This document shows positions 1-9,017 of a DNA stretch of 34,107 bases, one piece after another (the first letter of the stretch is position 1; every line of letters begins with the position of its first letter). Source of the stretch: a virus. Lineage: Duplodnaviria > Caudoviricetes. The notes under the pieces are model-generated. The model saw nothing but the letters and a program-made list of their open reading frames with translations. It was not told where the DNA came from and ran no database searches. Both the position numbers and the translations under genes were made by a program. The DNA lies in IMG/VR virus record IMGVR_UViG_3300048849_000156, positions 1 to 34,107 of that record. One strand, 5' to 3'.

Positions 1-294
1 ATGGCAAACACGCTTTTTGACAGCCCGTTGTTCGTGAAGAAATCTCGCTATGTTCAGGAGCTCGGCAGTCTCGAAGATGTATTCGATTTGCTTGATGAGT
101 GGCCTGAAGCGAAAAGGGGCGACCCCTACGAGGTATTGCTAAAGGCCTGCCGCATGGCAGCCCAAGGAATTTTCCCGTTGCCAGCGATACGGGAGAATGT
201 CCGGCGCTTCTTGATGAAGAACGGCGTACTGGCGAACATCGACGAGGTGCCGCTCATTGCGAAGCGGATGAACGATCGAAATCTCGGTTCGTAA
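1..294 (+). CDS. DUF982 family protein
   Basis: 97 aa with the F..PL.V / LEDVFDLLDEWP...RG..Y...LKAC..A / R...RRF....GVL pattern typical of this rhizobial family. Confidence 0.8.
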   Translation: MANTLFDSPLFVKKSRYVQELGSLEDVFDLLDEWPEAKRGDPYEVLLKACRMAAQGIFPLPAIRENVRRFLMKNGVLANIDEVPLIAKRMNDRNLGS

Positions 295-319
295 CTGCCG
301 AACTGATTACCTAAAAGTC

Positions 320-350
320 GGCCCCGCTTTTAAGCCAGCGGGGCCTTTAT
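320..350. terminator. Probable intrinsic terminator between convergent genes
   Basis: GGCCCCGCT (320-328) pairs with AGCGGGGCC (337-345); TTTAT follows and an A-run precedes. Confidence 0.65.
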
Positions 351-354
351 GGGA

Positions 355-591
355 TTACCGGCGAACGGTAGTCGTCGTATCGTGGTCGTGACGGCGACGA
401 AGGCCCGCAAGACCAGCGAGACCGATTAGGCCGAGCCAGCCCATGTCGAAATCGTCATCGCCGTCGTCATCGTTTTCAACTTGAGCCGTCGTCCCTGGCG
501 TGGCGTTCGGAGCTGTCTGAGCATGAACGAGTGCAGGGCCAGCGAAAGTGAGCAGGCAGGTTGTGCCGAGAGTGATTAGTAGCTTCTGCAT
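355..591 (-). CDS. Small exported protein with WGxxGxxG-type C-terminal sorting helix
   Basis: Signal peptide ending VHA-Q, acidic linker, then MGWLGLIGLAGLAGLRRR. SD GAGGAG upstream. Confidence 0.8.
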   Translation of the reverse strand: MQKLLITLGTTCLLTFAGPALVHAQTAPNATPGTTAQVENDDDGDDDFDMGWLGLIGLAGLAGLRRRHDHDTTTTVRR

Positions 592-620
592 TGGGGTCTC
601 CTCTGTTGTTCCTGAGACCT

Positions 621-645
621 AACGTTCGCGTAGTTAAGAGGTTTC
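621..645 (-). promoter_or_regulatory. Candidate EcfG/RpoE2 (general stress sigma factor) promoter
   Basis: Minus strand GAAAC-N16-CGTT about 30 nt upstream of the ATG at 591; one mismatch to GGAAC-N16/17-CGTT. Confidence 0.45.
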
Positions 646-732
646 ATCAGACTTAAGCCCTACTCCTTCCGGTCTCGCCTCTCGTTCCCGTGCCTCAGTC
701 TGTGCCCTGCCGTAGCTCCCGGAGCCGACACT

Positions 733-1110
733 ATGCCTGCATACCGGCTTTCCTCGCGGGACCGTGGATATACGACGAAGTGGGAGAGGGCCCGCGCCGT
801 CTTCCTCGCGCAGCCCGGCAACCAGTTTTGCCGTCGCTGTCAGGCTCATGGAATTCTGAATGCCGGCAGCCTCCGATCTGATGGGTCGTTGCAGACGAAC
901 GCGAGGCGGATGCACCTGGTCGTTGACCACATAGTGCCTCACAAAGGCGATCAGAAACTGTTCTGGGATCGCGCCAACTGGCAGCCCCTTTGCCCAGACC
1001 ACCACGACATCACGAAGCAGCAGGAAGAGCATGGCAAAGTGCGTAGCGGCACAGGCCTGGATGGTCGGCCCCTCGATCCTGCTCACCCATGGAATAGAAC
1101 GACTGAGTGA
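733..1110 (+). CDS. Phage packaging HNH endonuclease
   Basis: RGY...W..AR, CRRC, VVDHIVPHKGD..LFWD..NWQPLC..HH...K and DGRPLDP.HPW motifs. SD GGAG. Lies upstream of terS. Confidence 0.92.
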   Translation: MPAYRLSSRDRGYTTKWERARAVFLAQPGNQFCRRCQAHGILNAGSLRSDGSLQTNARRMHLVVDHIVPHKGDQKLFWDRANWQPLCPDHHDITKQQEEHGKVRSGTGLDGRPLDPAHPWNRTTE

Positions 1111-1120
1111 TAGAGGTGGC

Positions 1121-1276
1121 CTAATTGCCTTTTCTAGAGGGCGGGTTAGGCTTAGGCTGCGGCTTAGGCTGCGGCTTAGATCTTTCACCCGGAGGCATGG
1201 CCTTCCCGCCATCGTTGACGCCGGTTTTCTTTTCGGTTGGTGGCTTCCCTGGCTGCGTTGATAGAGGAACGTGCAT
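1121..1276 (-). CDS. Putative 51-aa Pro/Lys-rich peptide (MHVPLSTQPGKPP...KPQPKPQPKPNPPSRKGN)
   Basis: C-terminal part of track ORF 1121..1477. Purine-rich GAGAGAAG precedes the ATG at 1276, and the 12-bp repeat is in frame. Confidence 0.4.
   Translation of the reverse strand: MHVPLSTQPGKPPTEKKTGVNDGGKAMPPGERSKPQPKPQPKPNPPSRKGN
1149..1179. repeat. 12-bp tandem repeat GGCTTAGGCTGC, about 2.5 copies
   Basis: Units at 1149-1160 and 1161-1172, partial unit at 1173-1179. Encodes KPQP repeats on the minus strand. Confidence 0.85.
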
Positions 1277-1805
1277 GGCTTCTTCTCTCGTAGATTCGCT
1301 GAAAAGCGCGGATGGTGACCTGCTAAATGAAATCCTGCGGGAAGCAGAGTCAAGGCTGGAGGCGCAACTGACGAGTGCTCTTGCTGCAGACAGTCGCGCA
1401 ATGAATTTCCTTGGCTTCGTATCTGCTATTGCAGTGGCATCGATAGGCGCCAGTCTTGCGGCAATCGAGAGCAACATCGCCCTCGCAGCAATCGGCCTGT
1501 TGGTAGGCGTAGGTATGATGATCGCCGCCTTCTCTGCATTCAGTGCAGCTAAGCCAATCGATTTCCAGATGGTTGGAAACTACCCATCCGAGTGGGTTGG
1601 CGACATCACTGACGGTGCTACGTTACACGACGCTCTAGCTGCGCAAGTGGCATTCTACGATGAAATGCTCAAGGCCAACGCTGCTGCCATGGCTGGTAAT
1701 GCAGCAAGCCTTGCTAGCGCTGCTGCATCGGCGAAGGCGACGGTGGTGCTAGGATGTATTGCGAGTGTCGTCTACTTCCTGACCCGGTACGTAGGGTCGC
1801 TCTGA
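1275..1805 (+). CDS. Moron membrane protein (about 3 TM), resembles the Pycsar effector TM (PycTM) fold
   Basis: Start moved to ATG 1275 (SD GAGG). Architecture is helix-ADSRA-TM-TM-P-loop-helix-TM. Confidence 0.7.
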   Translation: MASSLVDSLKSADGDLLNEILREAESRLEAQLTSALAADSRAMNFLGFVSAIAVASIGASLAAIESNIALAAIGLLVGVGMMIAAFSAFSAAKPIDFQMVGNYPSEWVGDITDGATLHDALAAQVAFYDEMLKANAAAMAGNAASLASAAASAKATVVLGCIASVVYFLTRYVGSL

Positions 1806-1824
1806 TCCTCCATGCGTTTCCGAG

Positions 1825-1936
1825 CGAAGTAGGGGGGCTCAAAGTCTGGGAGGCCTTGGGGGCCGGACCGGCTGGGGCAGTCGTTCGCACTGAGATCAAA
1901 TCTGAAACAAAAAGTTGGAGCCACCCCGAAGGGGTG
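1825..1936. other. Candidate cos/packaging region
   Basis: Non-coding stretch between HNH and terS with GGGGGGCTCAAAGTC...GGACCG and a CACCCC-GAA-GGGGTG hairpin. Position and composition fit HNH-assisted cos phages. Cut site cannot be fixed. Confidence 0.5.
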
Positions 1937-1943
1937 AGGTGTC

Positions 1944-2384
1944 ATGAGCGTAGTCAGCATCGACGGCACAGGCGAGATCGTCGCCGAACCAGACTGGGAA
2001 AGCCTCTTCAACGATGTGCTTGAGATCATGCAGGCGCAGGAACACTGGCGGCGGATAACGACAGAGCTCAAGGAGCGGGCGCTGATGTCGCCCGGGAATG
2101 CCCACGCGCTCCAGCGCCTCGTCGTCGCATATGTCCTGTATGATCGCTCGCTTCGTGAAGTCGCAGAGAACGGCGCGGTGACGCGACCCAAACGTGGCAA
2201 CCCGAAAGCCATTGCTAGGACGAGCCCCCATTTCGTCGCCATGCGCGAGATGGCGTCTGACGCTGCAGTCCTCGAGGCGGAGTTCGGTCTATCGCCGCGG
2301 CGCCGATCGGCTGCCACGAAGGCCGACAAGAAAACGAAGGTATCGCGGGCGTCCGATGAGTTCACCAGACCTAAGGGGGCATGA
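1944..2384 (+). CDS. terS: Terminase small subunit (P27 family-like)
   Basis: EPDW, W..I..EL, ENGAV, P.F.AM and EAEFGLSPRRR motifs. SD GAGG. Confidence 0.9.
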   Translation: MSVVSIDGTGEIVAEPDWESLFNDVLEIMQAQEHWRRITTELKERALMSPGNAHALQRLVVAYVLYDRSLREVAENGAVTRPKRGNPKAIARTSPHFVAMREMASDAAVLEAEFGLSPRRRSAATKADKKTKVSRASDEFTRPKGA

Positions 2385-4179
2385 TCCAGTCACCGCAGGG
2401 GCGCAAGACGCGCTCGCTGGAAAGTTTGTCGTAGGTGAGTTGGTCGCAGCCGCGGCGGAACGCCATCTGCGGGACATGAGGGACGGCAGCTCGCGCGGCT
2501 TGTACTGGTCGGTTGACGCGGCAACGCGGCCGCTCCGGTTCCTGCCAGCGATGCTGGCGATCACTGAAGGCGCCAAGGTCGGCGAACCGTTCCACCCCCT
2601 GCCGTGGCATGTTTTTGTCACGGGCTCGCTTTTCGGGTGGCGGAAGGACTCGGGCCGGATGCGTTTTCGATCCGGATGGCTGGAGACAGGTAAAGGGCAA
2701 GCGAAGTCGCCGTTGATGGCCGCGATCGGCATCTACATGGCAGGCTTCTACGGCATTCCCCGCGCCAAGGTTTTCGCTATCGGACAGGATAAAAACACCG
2801 CGAACGTTCTCTTCAAAGATGCCGTCGCGATGTGCCGAGGTACGACGCCCGGTCACGAAGACGGCGACAGCATGGTATCGCGCGGCGATGCCGTGATCCG
2901 CGGCGAGGGCGACAACGCCTGGAAGATTGAGTTTCCCGGAGAGGGTGACAACGTCTCGATTTTTCAGGCGCTGGCGAATGGTGAAGCGGTTTCGGGCCCC
3001 AAACCCACACTCGTTGCTGCCGACGAGATCCACGAGTTCAAAACGAACACGTCGATCGAACTTTGGAAGGAAGCGATCGCCAAGATGCCCGGCGATGCGC
3101 TGATGCTTTTGGGAACGAACACGCCGGCGGCGACGCAGATCGTCGGCACCGACTACTCGGACTATTACCAGAAGGTTGCGAAGGGCGAATTATATGACGA
3201 CGAGGCTTTCTCGTTCGTCGCGCGCGTTGACGTTGCCGATCGGCAGACGGTTTTCGACCGGCCTGAAGTATGGGCAAAGGCGTTGCCAGCGCTGGGAGTG
3301 ACATTCCCGTTGGAGAACATTCAGGGGCGTGTCAACACCGCGAAGCAACTTCTGTCGACGGGGTTTTCAGTCAAGCGACTGTATTTCGGTATTCCAATCG
3401 GTTCGACCGAGTTCTGGATTGCCGAAGACGCATGGACCGCTGTGCAAGGGGCTGTCGACGAGCAAAGGCTGAAAGGCTGCAAGTGCTGGCTGTCCCTCGA
3501 CTTGTCGCAGAAAAACGACCTGACTGCCCTAACCATCGTGTGGATCGATGCAAAAGGGCACCTCTGGGTCAAGACGTATTACTGGACGACGAGTGACGGG
3601 CTGAAAGAGCGCGGGCTCGCGGACCACGCGCCGTACGAGCACTGGGCAGCGAACCCGGATATCGCACTGATGGCGGTGCCGGGTGCTGTCATCGACAAGT
3701 CTTTCGTTGCCGCTGAGGTGAAGCGGATTTGCTCCGAGCACAAGGTTGAGTTCATGGCCTTCGACCCGGCCGGGATTGCTGACTTTCTCGCGGCCTGCTC
3801 GGACATCGGATTTTCGGTCTGGCGCTACAAAGGCCCCAAAGAGCCACAAGGCGTTGGGCTCAAGCTTGTGAGCCATGCTCAGGGCAAGCGGGTGATGTTC
3901 GAGGACAAGCAGCTGACGATGCCGCGCTCGATCGAGAAACTCGAAGACCGGATTTTGAAACGGACGATCACGATCGACAATTCGCCCGTGACCTACTCGT
4001 GCGCCGCCAACGCATACGTCGACACAGATGGACAAAATAACCGAGCGTTCGACAAGAACCGCTCGCGTGGAAGGATCGACGGCATGGTGACGATTGCAAT
4101 GGGAGTGGGCGCTGCCGACAATGAACTCGAAGCTGCGAAGAAGTCGCCCTATGCGACACGCGGCATTCGGACGGTCTGA
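2356..4179 (+). CDS. terL: Terminase large subunit
   Basis: Walker A-like GKGQAKS, Walker B LVAADEIHE, nuclease motifs LSLDLS..DL and RIDG. Start moved from 2194 to ATG 2356, overlapping the terS end. Confidence 0.96.
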   Translation: MSSPDLRGHDPVTAGAQDALAGKFVVGELVAAAAERHLRDMRDGSSRGLYWSVDAATRPLRFLPAMLAITEGAKVGEPFHPLPWHVFVTGSLFGWRKDSGRMRFRSGWLETGKGQAKSPLMAAIGIYMAGFYGIPRAKVFAIGQDKNTANVLFKDAVAMCRGTTPGHEDGDSMVSRGDAVIRGEGDNAWKIEFPGEGDNVSIFQALANGEAVSGPKPTLVAADEIHEFKTNTSIELWKEAIAKMPGDALMLLGTNTPAATQIVGTDYSDYYQKVAKGELYDDEAFSFVARVDVADRQTVFDRPEVWAKALPALGVTFPLENIQGRVNTAKQLLSTGFSVKRLYFGIPIGSTEFWIAEDAWTAVQGAVDEQRLKGCKCWLSLDLSQKNDLTALTIVWIDAKGHLWVKTYYWTTSDGLKERGLADHAPYEHWAANPDIALMAVPGAVIDKSFVAAEVKRICSEHKVEFMAFDPAGIADFLAACSDIGFSVWRYKGPKEPQGVGLKLVSHAQGKRVMFEDKQLTMPRSIEKLEDRILKRTITIDNSPVTYSCAANAYVDTDGQNNRAFDKNRSRGRIDGMVTIAMGVGAADNELEAAKKSPYATRGIRTV

Positions 4180-4184
4180 ACCTG

Positions 4185-5507
4185 ATGGGAGTTCTTCGAG
4201 ACCTATTCCGCGGCAGCGGTACGAAAGCGACACAGCGCAACGCGCCACAAGCCAGCAGCGAAGGTGTGGTCGTTGTGTCCCTGTCGGATCCCCGTGTTGT
4301 GCAGTTTATGTGCGACGGGCTCATGACCGCGTCCGGTTTCACGGTCAACGTCGAAACAGCCCTGCGGAATCCGTCGATGTTCCGGGCGGTTAGCCTCATC
4401 TCGAACTCGATCGGTATGTTGCCGTTGCACCTGATTAGTCAGGAGACGAAGAAAAAAGCGAAGGACCACCCGCTCTACCGGATTCTTCATCGCAAGCCGA
4501 ACTCATTCCAGACGGCCTTTGATTTCAGAGCGATGATGCAGCTGCGGGCTCTGGTTCATAAGAACGCCTACGCGCTCATACTGCGGTCAACGAACGTCCG
4601 GACGGGAAAACGGGTAGTTACCGGCCTGGTACCGCTTGACCCGCGCCGGATGGAAGCAAAACTCGGGACTAACTGGCAGATGCAGTACATCTACCAGCCG
4701 ACTGATGGCCCCCGAATCCGATACCCGGCTGAGGACATTTTCCGCCTTCGCGGTATGTCGGTCGACGGCATCAATGGCTTCTCGCTTGTTGAGCAGGCTA
4801 AAGAGGCTATCGGACTCGCCCTTAGCGCTGAACTCGCTGCCGGCCGCATCTTCAAGAACGGCTCGTTCATCAGCGGCGTCATTCAGGCGAAAGAGGAAAT
4901 GAGCGACGACGCCTACGAACGTCTGAAGACGTCATGGGCGGAATTGCATACCGGGGCTGAGAAGGCCGGCTCCACGCCTATCCTTGAAGGCGCTGAATAC
5001 AAGGTTTCAGGCTCAACGGCGCGCGAAGCCCAGATGGCGGAGCTGCGCAAGCTGCAGGTCGAGGAAATCGCCCGCGTTTCCGGCGTGCCGCGGCCGCTCC
5101 TCATGGTCGACGAGACTAGCTGGGGGTCGGGCATCGAAGCGCTCGGCCAGTTCTTCGTAGCCTATGCCCTCAGCCCATGGTTCGAGGCGTGGCAGCAAGC
5201 CATTGAGCGCTGCCTTCTCGACGAGGAGGATGCCGAGCTTTACGCGGCAAAGTTCAACCCCGGCGCTCTGCTGCGCGGTTCGCTGAAGGACCAGGCCGAT
5301 TATCTTGCTAAGGCGATGGGCGCTGGCGGGCATCAGGGCTGGATCCACTACGACGAGGCCCGCGACACGATGGACCTGCCGGAGCGCGAGGCACCGGTCA
5401 ACCCCATGATGAGCCGCAATGGCAGCCCGCCGCTCGAAGAAGATCCCCCGGCGCCGAACCCGAAACCGAAGCCCGCACCGAAACAGGATGACGATGATGA
5501 CGAGTAA
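4185..5507 (+). CDS. Portal protein, HK97 family
   Basis: AVSLISNSIGMLPL, HPLY..L...PN..QT, FKNG and EEIAR..GVP motifs. Follows terL. Confidence 0.96.
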   Translation: MGVLRDLFRGSGTKATQRNAPQASSEGVVVVSLSDPRVVQFMCDGLMTASGFTVNVETALRNPSMFRAVSLISNSIGMLPLHLISQETKKKAKDHPLYRILHRKPNSFQTAFDFRAMMQLRALVHKNAYALILRSTNVRTGKRVVTGLVPLDPRRMEAKLGTNWQMQYIYQPTDGPRIRYPAEDIFRLRGMSVDGINGFSLVEQAKEAIGLALSAELAAGRIFKNGSFISGVIQAKEEMSDDAYERLKTSWAELHTGAEKAGSTPILEGAEYKVSGSTAREAQMAELRKLQVEEIARVSGVPRPLLMVDETSWGSGIEALGQFFVAYALSPWFEAWQQAIERCLLDEEDAELYAAKFNPGALLRGSLKDQADYLAKAMGAGGHQGWIHYDEARDTMDLPEREAPVNPMMSRNGSPPLEEDPPAPNPKPKPAPKQDDDDDE

Positions 5508-6450
5508 GCCGCTTCCCAAGCCGGTAAAGCCGGCTGCAGTCCAGATGGCAGGGGGCTCGGTAAGTAAGCCACCGCGCGGAGCGTTGACGAAGCCGCAGGG
5601 GAAATCCCGTGCTGGCGCTTTGCCGGTACCGGCGAACCGCGATGTTTCGGCCTATACCAAACCGAATGTATTCGACCGTTGGACAGATGACGCAGCCGGC
5701 ATACGAGCGCTGGAGATGGGCGACAACGTCATCACCATGTTTGATATCGTCGGCGAGGATTATTGGTCGGGCGGTGGCATCACTGCGAAGAAGGTAGCCG
5801 CGCAGCTTAAGGCTATCGGGCCGAAACCTATTGAGATCCAGATCAACAGCCCGGGCGGCGATATGTTCGAAGGGATTACGATCTTCAATCTCTTGCGCGA
5901 GCATCCGCAGCCGATCACGGTGAAGGTCATGGGGATGGCAGCTTCCGCTGCTTCGGTCATTGCCATGGCTGGCGATACGATCGAGATCGGCGCCGCGTCG
6001 TTCCTCATGATCCACAACTGCTGGGTCTTGGCGCAAGGCAACCGCCATGACATGCGCGAGACGGCTGAATGGCTCGAGCCCTTTGATCAGGCAATGGTAG
6101 ATCTCTACGCGGCGCGCTCTGGTCAGGACGCAAAGAAAATCGCGAAGTGGATGGATGATGAAACGTTCATGTCCGGTTCGCAGGCTATCAGCCAGGGCTT
6201 TGCGGATGCTCTGTTGCCGGCAGACAGCATGAAGGTCGATGACGAGGCCAAGGCCCGTGATCAGGACCTCAACGAAATTCGGGCGATGGAGCTTTCCCTC
6301 GTCTCGGCGGGCATGACGCGCAGCGATGCGCGCGCCCGCCTTTCTAAAATCAAAGGCACGCCAGGCGCTGCCATTGAAGCCACGCCCGGCGCTGGCGCTG
6401 AAGACTGGTCCGGTCTGTCCGGACTTCTTTCCACTCTCCGGTCAAATTAG
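5497..6450 (+). CDS. ClpP-like (S14) prohead maturation protease
   Basis: INSPGGDMFEG, GMAASAAS, LMIHN and MDDETFMS motifs. Start is one of ATG 5488/5494/5497, overlapping the portal end. Confidence 0.93.
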   Translation: MTSKPLPKPVKPAAVQMAGGSVSKPPRGALTKPQGKSRAGALPVPANRDVSAYTKPNVFDRWTDDAAGIRALEMGDNVITMFDIVGEDYWSGGGITAKKVAAQLKAIGPKPIEIQINSPGGDMFEGITIFNLLREHPQPITVKVMGMAASAASVIAMAGDTIEIGAASFLMIHNCWVLAQGNRHDMRETAEWLEPFDQAMVDLYAARSGQDAKKIAKWMDDETFMSGSQAISQGFADALLPADSMKVDDEAKARDQDLNEIRAMELSLVSAGMTRSDARARLSKIKGTPGAAIEATPGAGAEDWSGLSGLLSTLRSN

Positions 6451-6461
6451 GAGTTTCCCCA

Positions 6462-7712
6462 ATGACCATGCAATTCGCTCCGGGCTCTCTTGCGCTCGCG
6501 CGTCCGCGCGCCGTGATGGCAATGCCCCGCGCCGACACCACCGATCCGAAGGTCATGCTGGCCCAGATCAACGCGGCCTTTGAAGAGTTCAAGGCGGCCA
6601 ACGAAAAGAGCCTGAAGGGCAAGGCCGACATCGTCCTTGCTGAACAGGTAGAGCGCATCAATACCGACATTGGTACGATGCAGACCAACATGCAGAAGGC
6701 CGTCGATGACCTCAATGCGAAGGTCATCGCGGCTGGCGGTGGCAACGTGATCGGCGATATTCCCAGCGACCCGGAATACGTCAACGCGTTCAAGGCGCAT
6801 ATGCGGAAGGGCGACGTGTCGGCAGCAATGCAGAAGGGCACGGCCGAAGACGGCGGTTATCTCGCTCCGATCGAGTGGGATCGTACGATCACCGGCAAGC
6901 TCAAGCAGGTCTCGCCGATCCGTGCGAACGCCCGCGTGATCACCATCTCGGCGGCTGGTTTCAAGAAGAACTTTACCGATCGCGCAGTCGGTTCCGGCTG
7001 GGTCGGCGAAACCGCATCCCGCCCGGCAACTTCAACGCCGCAGATCGGCCAGCTGGATTTCCCGCTTGGCGAAATTTACGCCAACCCCGGCATCTCGCAG
7101 CAGCTACTGGACGATTCTGCGGTCGATCTGGAAGCGTGGCTCCGCGACGAGGTCGACACCGAGTTCTCGCGTCAGGAGGGTATCGCCTTCCTGTCGGGCA
7201 ACGGCGTCAACAAGCCGCACGGCATCCTCACCTACGTCGAGGGCGCTGCGAACGCAGCGCGTCACCCCTGGGGCGCGATCGGCGTCGTTAAGTCGGGTTC
7301 GGCAACAGGTCTCACGGCCGATGGCTTTATCGACCTGTTTTACTCCGTCCCGTCGGAGTTCCGGGCAGGCGCAAAGCTCTTTACCAATCGCCAGTCTCAG
7401 GGGGCCATGCGCAAGCTGAAGGACGGGCAGGGCAACTACCTGTGGCAGCCGTCTTATGCCCTGGGTCAGCCCGCAACGCTGGCAGGCGAGGCGATTGTCG
7501 AGATCCCCGACATGCCTGCCGTCGCGGCAGACGCCATCGTTGCACTCTACGGCAACATGGAAGCCACATACCTGGTTGTCGACCGGGTCGGCATCCGGGT
7601 TCTCCGCGACCCCTTCACCAACAAGCCTTTCGTCCACTTCTACACGACGAAGCGCGTTGGTGGCGGTCTCCAGAACCCTGAGCCGATGCGCGCGCTCAAG
7701 GTCGGCGCCTGA
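6462..7712 (+). CDS. Major capsid protein, HK97 fold
   Basis: Coiled-coil delta domain, DGGYLAP, F..GNG..KP.GIL, KLKD..G.YLW and KRVGGG motifs. SD AGGAG. Confidence 0.97.
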   Translation: MTMQFAPGSLALARPRAVMAMPRADTTDPKVMLAQINAAFEEFKAANEKSLKGKADIVLAEQVERINTDIGTMQTNMQKAVDDLNAKVIAAGGGNVIGDIPSDPEYVNAFKAHMRKGDVSAAMQKGTAEDGGYLAPIEWDRTITGKLKQVSPIRANARVITISAAGFKKNFTDRAVGSGWVGETASRPATSTPQIGQLDFPLGEIYANPGISQQLLDDSAVDLEAWLRDEVDTEFSRQEGIAFLSGNGVNKPHGILTYVEGAANAARHPWGAIGVVKSGSATGLTADGFIDLFYSVPSEFRAGAKLFTNRQSQGAMRKLKDGQGNYLWQPSYALGQPATLAGEAIVEIPDMPAVAADAIVALYGNMEATYLVVDRVGIRVLRDPFTNKPFVHFYTTKRVGGGLQNPEPMRALKVGA

Positions 7713-7715
7713 TTC

Positions 7716-7756
7716 CTGAGGCGGGCGGTTATGCCGCCCGCTACCCCTTGCCTCAG
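7716..7756 (+). terminator. Stem-loop after the capsid gene (terminator or stabiliser)
   Basis: GCGGGCGG (7721-7728) pairs with CCGCCCGC (7734-7741); outer CTGAG/CTCAG. No clear U-tract. Confidence 0.45.
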
Positions 7757-7779
7757 TCCTAGAAATCAAGGAGGTCACC

Positions 7780-8109
7780 ATGACCAGCGAAAAGACCACG
7801 ACGGCCGTCGTAGCGAACCACAAGACCGAAAACGTCAAGGTCACCAACGGTGTCAGCGCGCCGTCGACGCCCGGTTCCGAGCCGGCCAACATCCAGGCGG
7901 CTACGGCGATCGATCCGTCCGGGGCGCCAGTGCAGACCGTTCCCGGCGTCGATCTGGAGCATCCTGCCGTAGATGCAAACCCCCGCGCAGGCACGACCGT
8001 TGCGCAGAACCAGATCGACTTCAATGACCCGACCATTACCGGTGCCGAAGCAGTTGCGCAGGCGCTGAAGGAACAGGGCGTTGAAGCCAAGACCGAAGGC
8101 GACAAGTAA
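7780..8109 (+). CDS. Hypothetical head-associated protein
   Basis: Strong SD AAGGAGG. Lies between capsid and connector genes. Confidence 0.75.
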   Translation: MTSEKTTTAVVANHKTENVKVTNGVSAPSTPGSEPANIQAATAIDPSGAPVQTVPGVDLEHPAVDANPRAGTTVAQNQIDFNDPTITGAEAVAQALKEQGVEAKTEGDK

Positions 8110-8112
8110 GCC

Positions 8113-8694
8113 ATGATCCGCGTCATCACCCCGCCGCAGCCGATTGTGACCCCGGCGGAGATCGCCGGCAGTCACGCTCCGGACGATCCAGCCATCGCGG
8201 CCATGATCGCGGCTGCGACGGGGGAGATCGATGGTCCCTATGGCTACCTAAAGCGCTCGATCGGCAAGCAGACGCTGGAAATCGAGGGTGATTTCCGCGG
8301 CTGGTGGGTTGATCTTCGCCTTCCGCCCATCATCAAGGTCGTGAAGGTCTTCTCCGCTGCCGTTGGCGGCCAAGAGACGGAGCTTTCTTCCAGTCTATAC
8401 TACTATACCCGCGAGCGTCTCCGTTTTCATAGCTGGCAGACCGCTACGCGCATCCAGTACGAGGCCGGGTTCAGCGAGGCTGACGGAACCGGGCCGGTAC
8501 CGCCTCAAGTCAAGCAGGCGATCATCTTGTCGGTGCAGAACATGAAGGCGCTTAGCGCCGAAAACCTCTTCCTTCGATCTGAGGAAGTCGAGGGCGTGGG
8601 CACCTTTCAGTACACGGTCAGCGACCAGGCAGGAAACATCATACGGGACACCTGCCGGCGCCTGCTTGCCGGCCTTCGGGTGCCACGCACATGA
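8113..8694 (+). CDS. Head-tail connector (gp6-like adaptor)
   Basis: IAAAT.EIDG..G.L.R, Y.AG and VP..VKQAI motifs; position. Confidence 0.82.
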   Translation: MIRVITPPQPIVTPAEIAGSHAPDDPAIAAMIAAATGEIDGPYGYLKRSIGKQTLEIEGDFRGWWVDLRLPPIIKVVKVFSAAVGGQETELSSSLYYYTRERLRFHSWQTATRIQYEAGFSEADGTGPVPPQVKQAIILSVQNMKALSAENLFLRSEEVEGVGTFQYTVSDQAGNIIRDTCRRLLAGLRVPRT

Positions 8695-9017
8695 CGCCCG
8701 CCCAGGCCATCGCCGCGCTCGATCGGCAGCTCGCCAAGCACGGTCAGTTCATCATTCTCCGTAAGGGGAACACGATCGTCGATCAGGTCGCAACGCGTGG
8801 CTTTATCCGCGGCGTCACGGCTGACGACGTGGTCGGCAGCATCACGCAGTCGGACAAGAAGGTCACCTATTCGCCGACGGGCATCGCCGACGGTGTCTCA
8901 GTCGAAGGGTTCAACTCGATCGTCGTTGATGGCACGCCTCGCGCGCTGATCGGCAAGCCCGAAGTGATCAAGCTCGACGATGTCGTCGTCCGGATTAACG
9001 CTGTGGTCAAAGGCTGA
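8691..9017 (+). CDS. Head closure / head-tail joining protein
   Basis: 108 aa, ATGA overlap with the upstream gene; synteny. Confidence 0.65.
   Translation: MTPAQAIAALDRQLAKHGQFIILRKGNTIVDQVATRGFIRGVTADDVVGSITQSDKKVTYSPTGIADGVSVEGFNSIVVDGTPRALIGKPEVIKLDDVVVRINAVVKG

Noticed and set aside
1125-1274. GLGCGLGC-repeat N-terminal extension of the membrane protein
   Set aside because: It is the antisense reading of the KPQP repeat; a better SD and ATG exist at 1275.
2194-2355. N-terminal extension of terL in the ORF track
   Set aside because: It overlaps terS deeply and is Arg-rich noise; terminase-like sequence begins at 2356.
5419-5507. Pro/Asp-rich portal tail overlapping the protease start
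   Set aside because: Ordinary low-complexity termini with translational coupling.
7104-8129. 341-aa minus-strand ORF and similar long antisense ORFs (e.g. 15052..16119, 3529..4248)
   Set aside because: They fully overlap well-supported structural genes on the opposite strand.
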